In this document: piece after piece, positions 38,656 through 45,963 of the stretch
How the letters are laid out: the number at the start of each line of letters is the position of its first letter
How positions within the stretch are numbered: position 1 is the stretch's first letter
DNA from: Terracidiphilus sp.
Lineage (GTDB): Bacteria; Acidobacteriota; Terriglobia; Terriglobales; Acidobacteriaceae
Reading direction: 5' to 3'
DNA length: 51,599 nucleotides
Assembly (NCBI GenBank): GCA_036489245.1
Contig: DASXGD010000387.1
Span: forward strand, 1 to 51,599
Made by a program: the position numbers and the translations under genes
Notes under the pieces: model-generated
The model's database searches: none
The model's input: only the letters and a program-made list of their open reading frames with translations
What the model was told of the DNA's origin: nothing

Positions 38656-39541
38656 TTACGAAATGGCGCGTGAATGTGACCGCCATTGAGTTCATTAACG
38701 ATGTCTACCTGAGTGAGAACGAGTATAACCTGAGTGACAAGCCGCCCGACACCATCCAATATCCCAAAATCAAAGAGAACTTCTACGGCTGGGGCCGTGG
38801 CCCCTACCTGATCGGGTGGGACTGGCAGGGTACCGATAATCTGGAACGCGCCGCCTGTTACGTTCGGCTCAAGCCGGTCGTGATGAAGGTAAGACTGCGC
38901 TGCGATCTGCCTGCGCCATCCGCGCGCACCTTCACTCTGGTCGTTACCCCGGCTCTCGATGGCGATGCAACCCAGCTTACCCCCGGCTCCAAAAGCGTTG
39001 ATTGGCCAAAGGGCTCAAAGGAACAAGTAGTAGAGATCTCCACAGGCGGCGCTCTGCCTGACGAAGTTTCGCGCTACGAACTGCAGCTGACGTGGTCCGT
39101 AAAGGACGTTGCAATCACGACCGCCGATGGGACAACAAGTCCCGGTATCGCGGGCGTCATTAACAAGTCGAAGCATACGATATTTGGCATCTATGCCTTG
39201 CCGAGGAGCCGTGGGACAACTCGGAGGCGGGAAGAGACTTCTACACCGATACCGGCTTGACCAAGCAGCGCCTGGACAAGATCGCGCTGGTCATTGGCGG
39301 CAGCAAACGCCGCTTTTCGACTGCGAAGGCCTCCGATCCGGACGAGCTGGTGTGGAGAGTCCATCAGAATGTCAACGACACTAGCGACCCTCCGTATTTC
39401 AATGGTGAACGCAGCTTCAAGATTCTGTACAACCTGAAGCCCGATAAGACAGCTAAAACAACCAAGGCGAAAGCTCCAATTGAGATGGGGGTGGTGGACC
39501 AATGGGTTATGTGGGCACCCTCGGGCGGAGGGTACAAGCGA
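38655..39541 (+). pseudogene. Fragment of an unknown gene with a frameshift near 39204
   Basis: ORF 38670-39260 reads protein-like to GIYALP. The alternative frame continues EEPWDNSEAGRDFYTDTGLTKQRLDK. No RBS, and the 3' part runs into the antisense of the next gene. Confidence 0.5.
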
Positions 39542-40447
39542 CTACTGACCTCCGCCTTTTGTCCCTCGCTGCTGCGCCATGCGGTACTGTCCAACGGCCC
39601 AGTCTTCGTTGCCCAGGCCCTGCTCTTTTGCCTGGGCGAACACCCCAGCCAGCTCTTCTGCGAGGCTGAGCCGCACGCCGCGGCTCTCGGCCGCTTCCCG
39701 CAGCAGGCGAAGATCCTTCGCCCCCAGGTCCATGCTGGCTCCGGCTTCTTTGGGCGGATGCAGCATCACCTTGGCATAGGCCGCGTAGAACGCCGATTGA
39801 AACAGCGCGTTGTTCACCGTCTCGATGAACACTTCCGGGTCGATGCCCTGCGAAGCCGCAAAGACGAACGACTCGCCAAGCGCATGAATCATCGCGCTGA
39901 TCAAAAAATTGCCGCCCAGTTTCACAGCATGCGCCTGGCGCGGCTCTTTCCCGATGACGGAGATGCCTCGCGAGAGCGAGTCCAGCAGTGGGCGGGTTTT
40001 GGCTACTGCGTCATCCGCGCCGGCGACGACGATCCACAACTGGCCCTGTTTGGCAACATTGGGCCTGCCAAACACCGGAGCTGCGACAAACTCCTGGCCG
40101 CGACGCGCATGCTCGACGGTCAACCGCTCCGACAGGGCAACGCTGATCGTACTGAGCGAGACGTGCAGTGCGCCGGGCCGCAGCGCGCTCAGCAGCCCGT
40201 TCACGGGGAGGTCTTTGGGCCCGAATAGAACCTCTTCGTGGGCTGCGTCGTCGAAGAGCATGGTCATAACCACGTCGCTGGCGCGCGCGACGTCCGCCGG
40301 AGTGGCCGCGACCTCGGCGCCTTCCAGGGCCAGCACCTCGGTTCTCGCCCGCGTGCGGTTCCAAACTACAAGTTCGTGCCGGGCGGCCATCAATCGCCTG
40401 GCCATGGGCACGCCCATCTTCCCCGAACCCAGAAATCCAATCCGCAC
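39542..40447 (-). CDS. 3-hydroxyisobutyrate dehydrogenase / beta-hydroxyacid dehydrogenase family
   Basis: IGFLGSGKMG, WNRT, APVFG, VKLGGNF, KDLRL. Confidence 0.9.
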   Translation of the reverse strand: MRIGFLGSGKMGVPMARRLMAARHELVVWNRTRARTEVLALEGAEVAATPADVARASDVVMTMLFDDAAHEEVLFGPKDLPVNGLLSALRPGALHVSLSTISVALSERLTVEHARRGQEFVAAPVFGRPNVAKQGQLWIVVAGADDAVAKTRPLLDSLSRGISVIGKEPRQAHAVKLGGNFLISAMIHALGESFVFAASQGIDPEVFIETVNNALFQSAFYAAYAKVMLHPPKEAGASMDLGAKDLRLLREAAESRGVRLSLAEELAGVFAQAKEQGLGNEDWAVGQYRMAQQRGTKGGGQ

Positions 40448-40521
40448 AGCGCATTCCTCCCCGCAATCATCCTAAGCTCCACTGGGCCGGAGGATTGCGC
40501 CGCGGATACAAATTCAGCAGC

Positions 40522-41097
40522 TTAGAGGACGGCAGCGTACGGTATCGAACCGCGGGCATTGCGCAGCGCGACCGCCCACCAGTGCAATCGCGCCAGCAGC
40601 GTGGCCATCGTTTTCGCGGCCCGTTCCGGCTGGCGCAGCAGGCCGGCATCGTCGAACTGCTCCCAGGCCCCGGCGAAACTGACCGAATCGCGAATCGTCA
40701 CCGCGTGCAATTCCGCAAACACCAGCCGCAACTGCTCCACTGCGCGCAAGCCTCCCGAAACTCCGCCATAGGAAACGAAGGCCACCGGCTTGGCTTGCCA
40801 CTCCGCGCCCACCGAATCAATCAACGACTTCAGCGCTGCCGGGTAGCCATGGTTGTACTCCGGCGTGACCACCACAAACGCGTCGGCTGCCGCCATGCGC
40901 TGCCAGAGGTTCGCGGAGCCCTGTTGCACGGCAGGCTCCTGGCCGGGCTGCGGCAGCACCACCGCCGGATCGATCACATCCACCTGGTAGTTGCCGCTCG
41001 CTCGAATCTGTTCCGCCGCCCACCCCGCCACCTTGTCGCAGAAACGTCCCTTGCGCGTGCTCCCATAGATCAGTGCAATTTTGATTTGCTCGTCCAT
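40522..41097 (-). CDS. NADPH-dependent FMN reductase (flavodoxin-like)
   Basis: GSTRKGR, TPEYNHGYPAALKSLID, KPVAFVSYGGVSGGLRAVEQLR. Confidence 0.92.
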   Translation of the reverse strand: MDEQIKIALIYGSTRKGRFCDKVAGWAAEQIRASGNYQVDVIDPAVVLPQPGQEPAVQQGSANLWQRMAAADAFVVVTPEYNHGYPAALKSLIDSVGAEWQAKPVAFVSYGGVSGGLRAVEQLRLVFAELHAVTIRDSVSFAGAWEQFDDAGLLRQPERAAKTMATLLARLHWWAVALRNARGSIPYAAVL

Positions 41098-41150
41098 CCG
41101 CCGTATTCCTCCTCGAATTAGCCTTAGGACTTGCCCTTGGGCTTAAAATC

Positions 41151-41181
41151 AGGGTATAACCTCAAGTTAACTTGAGGTCAA
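41151..41181 (-). promoter_or_regulatory. SoxR box inside a 19-bp-spacer MerR-type promoter driving the FMN reductase
   Basis: Perfect palindrome ACCTCAAGTTAACTTGAGGT (41159-41178). Minus strand reads TTGACC-N19-TACCCT. Confidence 0.92.
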
Positions 41182-41189
41182 GGGGCTTG

Positions 41190-41660
41190 ATGGAAAAATC
41201 CAGCCAGCACGGCTCCGGCGCCGCCCTGACCGTGGGCGAAGTGGCAGCCCGCAGCGGCGTCTCCGTTTCCACGCTGCACTTTTACGAATCGGCGGAATTG
41301 ATTCGAAGCTGGCGCAATCAGGGCAATCAGCGCCGCTACCCCCGCGAAGTGCTGCGCCGCGTGGCGGTCATTCGAGTCGCCCAGCGCGCCGGTATCTCGC
41401 TCGCCGCCATCGGCGATGCGCTTAAGGCGCTTCCCAATGAACGCACGCCCACCGCGGAAGACTGGTCGCGACTCTCGGCACGATGGCGAGCGGACCTCAA
41501 TGACCGCATCGCCCGGCTGACGAGACTACGCGATCAGCTCGACGGCTGCATCGGTTGCGGATGTCTCTCGCTCGGAGTCTGTCCTCTGTACAACCCCGCG
41601 GACAAACTCGGAAACCTCGGTCCAGGACCGCAAATACTCGATCCCTGCGAGAAACGTTAA
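41190..41660 (+). CDS. soxR: Redox-sensitive transcriptional activator SoxR
   Basis: [42 protein letters not shown] [2Fe-2S] motif. Confidence 0.96.
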   Translation: MEKSSQHGSGAALTVGEVAARSGVSVSTLHFYESAELIRSWRNQGNQRRYPREVLRRVAVIRVAQRAGISLAAIGDALKALPNERTPTAEDWSRLSARWRADLNDRIARLTRLRDQLDGCIGCGCLSLGVCPLYNPADKLGNLGPGPQILDPCEKR

Positions 41661-41680
41661 CTGGTTACACTGAATCTTCC

Positions 41681-42462
41681 ATGCTTCGCACCGTTCAAGC
41701 GACGCGCTATGTCCTGCCCTTGCGAGAGGGCGGCTCGCTGCCGGCCATCGTCGAGGCCGAAGATCTCGGACTGTATGTGGTTAAGTTCCGTGGAGCAGGG
41801 CAGGGGATTCTCGCCTTGATTGCCGAATTGATTGCGGGCGAAATCGGACGTGCGCTTGGGCTGCGCGTGCCGGAGCTCGTGTTCGTTGAAATTGATCCTG
41901 CCCTGGGCCGCAATGAGCCGGATTATGAAATCCGCCAGCTGCTCAAGGCCAGTTCGGGCCTGAATCTCGCCCTCGACTATCTTCCCGGGTCGACCATGTT
42001 TGATCCGGCGGCGCGCGACACGGCCCCGCCCGGCGAAGCCTCAATGCTGGTCTGGTTCGACGCCTTCACGCAAAATGTCGACCGCACGCCCCGCAACGCT
42101 AATCTCCTGGTATGGCATCGCAAGCTTTACCCCATCGACCACGGCGCGGCGTTGTTCTTCCATCACGACTGGCCGGCCATGACTCAAAAGATCGAGTCGC
42201 CCTTTCCTCAAATCCAACAACACATCCTGCGCCGTGGGCGGCCGAGATTGAACCGGCCGGTATCCTGGCACGTGCGAAACTTTCCGCGGAGTTAGTCAAA
42301 GCAATCGTCGCGCAGGTCCCCGACGCCTGGCTGGACGCCATTCCCGGGAATCTCAATCCGGCTGAGCGACGCGCGGGCTATGTCGATTTCTTCATGCGGC
42401 GGCTGGCCGTAGCGCCCATTTTCGAACAGGAGGCGATCCGTGCCCGCGCCCGCCACCTTTGA
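41681..42462 (+). pseudogene. HipA-like kinase split by a 1-nt frameshift near 42230
   Basis: RYVLPLREGGSLP, VVKFRGAGQG, NVDRTPRNAN, IDHG. Reading resumes as PWAAEIEPAG...IVAQVPDAWL in another frame. Could be a sequencing indel. Confidence 0.75.
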
Positions 42463-42826
42463 TTACGCCATCCTGCGCGTCGTTCCCCGCGTTGACCGCG
42501 AGGAGTTCATCAATGCCGGTGTCGTCGTATTCTGCCTCGAAAAGCGTTATCTGGAAGCACGCATCCTGCTGAACACGGACCGCCTCAAGGCTCTGTGGCC
42601 GAAAGTGGATGTCGACCTGGTCCGTGAACATCTGGGTGCCATTCCCCGCATCTGCGCAGGCGATCCGGCCGGGGGCCCGATAACGAAGCTTTCCCAGCGC
42701 GAACGCTTCCACTGGCTCACTGCGCCGCGCAGCACGATCATTCAGCCCTCGCCGGTGCATACCGGGGTCTGCGACGCGACCGATGGCGTGCTCGACCGCC
42801 TCGCCACGCAGTTTCTGTGCGCCTGA
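42440..42826 (+). CDS. DUF3037 family protein
   Basis: FDYAILRVVPRVDREEFINAGV, RFHWLTAPRSTIIQPSPVHTG. Overlaps the kinase 3' end. Confidence 0.9.
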   Translation: MPAPATFDYAILRVVPRVDREEFINAGVVVFCLEKRYLEARILLNTDRLKALWPKVDVDLVREHLGAIPRICAGDPAGGPITKLSQRERFHWLTAPRSTIIQPSPVHTGVCDATDGVLDRLATQFLCA

Positions 42827-42851
42827 CTCTGGGCTCGGGCTGTGATCGTTT

Positions 42852-43514
42852 CTATTGTGGCGTCACGAGCTGATGTGCGATGGCAAAAAGCGCCAGTTCC
42901 AGCCGCGTGGAGACGCCGGTCTTGTCGAAGATATTCGACAGGTGGCGCTTGACCGTCTCTTCGCTCAGCCCGAATTGCTTGGCGATGTCGCGGTTGCTGC
43001 AGCCTTCCACGATGGAGCCAACCACCTCGAGCTCGCGTGGCGTCAGACCGTACGTTTTGCGCTGGGGCACGGCGGCCTGCTGCATCAGGTCGTGCAAAGC
43101 GGAAACCAGGTTGACCACCCGCTTGCCGCCAATCCAGTAATCCCCGCTGATCACCGTCTTGATGGCGATCTGGAGGTGCCCGGCGAGCGCATCCTTGAGT
43201 ACGATGCCGCGGGCGCCGATATGGAGAGCCTCAATGATCTGCTGGGTCGTAATCGTCGAGGTGAGCAGCAGGATCTTAACCGTCGGCGTGCCGTTCATGA
43301 TGGCGCGCATGGCCTCGAGGCCAGGCAGGCGCGGCATCTGCACGTCGAGCAGCAGAATATCCGGCTGCAGATCCAGGGTCTGGGTGATAGCCTCATCGCC
43401 GTCGGAAGCCTCGCCCACCACTTCGAATCCCTCGTGCTCGGTTAGCATGTTGCGCACACCGATGCGAACTACGGGATGATCATCGGCCAGTACGATTCGG
43501 ATCGGTCGGTCCAC
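42852..43514 (-). CDS. NarL/LuxR-family response regulator
   Basis: IVLADDHPVV, LLDVQMP, LTPRELEV, SEETVKRHLSNIFDK. Confidence 0.93.
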   Translation of the reverse strand: MDRPIRIVLADDHPVVRIGVRNMLTEHEGFEVVGEASDGDEAITQTLDLQPDILLLDVQMPRLPGLEAMRAIMNGTPTVKILLLTSTITTQQIIEALHIGARGIVLKDALAGHLQIAIKTVISGDYWIGGKRVVNLVSALHDLMQQAAVPQRKTYGLTPRELEVVGSIVEGCSNRDIAKQFGLSEETVKRHLSNIFDKTGVSTRLELALFAIAHQLVTPQ

Positions 43515-43749
43515 GGGAAGGATGTTCCTCCACAAGCCGGCACGCTCAGGGCTTCAGCATGTTGCCGGCGCATTCGTTTGTTATACGAATCCAATACAAA
43601 CGCAGATTCCGCTGGGAGCTGTGAATCAAGGGTGAATCGAAGTCAATTCGACAAGAAGCAAACTTCAAAGCCCGGATCTTCCATTGTCCTGCTGAATGTA
43701 ATGTACGGGTCAAGCCTACATTCTTCAGCACCGACTTTATCCCCGTCTG

Positions 43750-44481
43750 TCAGGCAGGGAACTCAGCCTCAAGCATACGCCGCAGGTTTCGCCCGGCCGC
43801 TTTCAATTCCAGAAGGAGGGCGGGAACGTTATCTAATTGATCACCTGTGGCCTCCAGCTGCGCTCCCAGGCGGGCGGCCTGCAGCGCGCCGGCCATGCTG
43901 CAGCCTCCCTTGATCGAGTGCCCGATCCGCCGGATTTCCTGCGTGTCTCCCGCGGCCGTGGCCCGTTCTAATGCGGTTGCCCGCTTGCCCAGGTCCTCCA
44001 CCACCGCGGCGTATATCTCGCGCACGGCGGACTCGGGCATCATGCCGCGCAACTGTGCCAGGGTCTCCGTGCTGATCACCGGGGCGTCTTCTAACGCGAC
44101 CGCGGGCGGAGGATGATGCTGCTCGATCAGCTGCTGCAGCGCATGGGGGCCGAAAGGCTTGGACAAATGTCCATCGACAACTACCCTGACGTCGTCGGCG
44201 ACGTCGCTGCCGCTGATGGCGTAAATGCTTGCCTTGCTTCTCGCCCGCAACTCCTTCACCAGGCGGACCCCCTTCAACCCGGGCATCTGCGCGTCCATCA
44301 GAATCACTTCCGGACTGCAGGTCCCCGCATCGAGCATGGAGATCGCTTCATCCCCCTGCATCGCTGTGTGGATGGTGTATCCGGTCATGGTGAGTACCGT
44401 GGCCATGACCTCGCGGCTGACCATATCGTCATCGATGATAAGAACTACGGGTAGATCGCGACTGGTGCCGATGCCGAGCAT
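43750..44481 (-). CDS. REC + Hpt phosphorelay protein
   Basis: LIIDDD, LMDAQMP, SKPF, then RIGHSIKGGC Hpt motif. Confidence 0.85.
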   Translation of the reverse strand: MLGIGTSRDLPVVLIIDDDMVSREVMATVLTMTGYTIHTAMQGDEAISMLDAGTCSPEVILMDAQMPGLKGVRLVKELRARSKASIYAISGSDVADDVRVVVDGHLSKPFGPHALQQLIEQHHPPPAVALEDAPVISTETLAQLRGMMPESAVREIYAAVVEDLGKRATALERATAAGDTQEIRRIGHSIKGGCSMAGALQAARLGAQLEATGDQLDNVPALLLELKAAGRNLRRMLEAEFPA

Positions 44482-44545
44482 GGCAATAGTGTGCCACTTT
44501 TCCCTCGGCTTTCCGCAACTTCATCGCTGCGGAACTCGTTTCGAT

Positions 44546-45853
44546 TCAGTTTCCAATCACAAGCACCTGGAAACTTCCGTCCACCGGGCTGAGCTTCAGC
44601 GTGCCAATGCCATTCACGGGTGGGTGGTCGAGCTTCGCGCCGTATAACGTTGTCACGAGATAGACGAGACCCGTCGACGGATCGATGGCAATGGTGCGCG
44701 CCTGCTGCATGGTGGGCAGATTCTGAATCACGGTGTAGGAGTCGGTGAGGTGCTGACGAATGATGGTGACGCTTCCGTAGCCACCACCATTGGCGGTAAA
44801 AATCAGGCCGCGGTTGGGGTCGTATCCCATGGCATCGACGCCGGGGCCGATGGTGAGTGCGGCGAGCGACGCGCCGGTGTCCATGGCGAGCACCTTGAGC
44901 TTCATGTTGGTGCAGGCGGCGAAGAGGCGGCTGTGGGACGAATCTACCGCGACGGCGCGGGGCTCCTGGCATTCCTGGCCAAGCCGGAACACGCTGAACT
45001 GGGAGCCCCAGCCCATGGTCGCGAAACGGTTGAAATTCAGCAGCAGCGAACCGTCTGCGGCGACCGACCCATCCACCGCCTGCAATTTCTGCGACCCGGG
45101 ATGCTGCGCCAAATCGACGATGGCCGGAGCGTTCAGCTCGCCGACCTCGTTGAAATTGGCAATCGTGAAATAGACTTTGCCAGCCCCATCGGCCTGGGCA
45201 GCGCCAAGTATGCCGCATACCTGGATATCGGCGACGTGGTTTCGTTTCCCGGGGTCGATCACGCTGATCAGCGAATGATACGCGGGAGGGGGCGGCGATC
45301 CTCCGGCGTACACACTGCACGGGTCGAGGTCTTCTCTGGTCGTCGGCCGATTCTGTCGCGGCGGAGGTGCCGGCGTAGGCAGAGCACCGAACGCGAACAG
45401 CATACCTGTCTGCGGCTCGAAGACCAGGGCGCGGGGACTCGACGCCACCGGAATCTTCCCCAGCAGCTGAAATGTGCGACGGTCGAAAATCCTGATCAGA
45501 TTGGCTCGAGCATCGGTGACATAACCGGTCTGCCCATTTGGATCGACCACGACTGCGCGCGCTTCGCCAAATCCTGTCACCTCGCCGGCTATCGTGCCCG
45601 AGTCGACATCCACTACCTGCACCTTGGTCTGATGGGTAACGAAGAGTTCCCGCGCGGCGGGGTCAAGGGTCAGGTAATCCCAGTTGCCCAGGCCGCCAAT
45701 GACCCAGGTCTTTTTGATGGCGAACGGCTGCCCCGGAAGCTCATTGGGCGCGGGGATCGGGGCCTGTTGGGCAAGCAACAGCGCACCCGCCGCCATCGAG
45801 AAGATTGCGACCGCTATCACCACACAGCCCACTCGACACTCGTGGTTTCTCAT
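44546..45853 (-). CDS. YncE-like exported beta-propeller protein
   Basis: Signal peptide. GGLGNWDYLTLD, IGPGVDAMGYD, ARTIAIDP, FQVLVIG. Confidence 0.8.
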   Translation of the reverse strand: MRNHECRVGCVVIAVAIFSMAAGALLLAQQAPIPAPNELPGQPFAIKKTWVIGGLGNWDYLTLDPAARELFVTHQTKVQVVDVDSGTIAGEVTGFGEARAVVVDPNGQTGYVTDARANLIRIFDRRTFQLLGKIPVASSPRALVFEPQTGMLFAFGALPTPAPPPRQNRPTTREDLDPCSVYAGGSPPPPAYHSLISVIDPGKRNHVADIQVCGILGAAQADGAGKVYFTIANFNEVGELNAPAIVDLAQHPGSQKLQAVDGSVAADGSLLLNFNRFATMGWGSQFSVFRLGQECQEPRAVAVDSSHSRLFAACTNMKLKVLAMDTGASLAALTIGPGVDAMGYDPNRGLIFTANGGGYGSVTIIRQHLTDSYTVIQNLPTMQQARTIAIDPSTGLVYLVTTLYGAKLDHPPVNGIGTLKLSPVDGSFQVLVIGN

Positions 45854-45933
45854 CGCACCGCTTGCCGTTGCGCGCCATTCCATGTGAATTGGACGCGACG
45901 ATGCCGAAGGCCGCTCACCGAATGCAAGCATTA

Positions 45934-45961
45934 AGCTGAAAGCTAGAAGCTAGAAGCTGAG
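45934..45961. repeat. 7-nt tandem array (AGCTRRA)x4
   Basis: AGCTGAA AGCTAGA AGCTAGA AGCTGAG adjacent to the ftsK stop. Confidence 0.75.
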
Positions 45962-45963
45962 TT

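Noticed and set aside
39542-40228. 3' part of the 323-aa ORF 39257-40228 (+)
   Set aside because: Antisense shadow of the dehydrogenase gene; only 39257-39541 looks genuinely coding.
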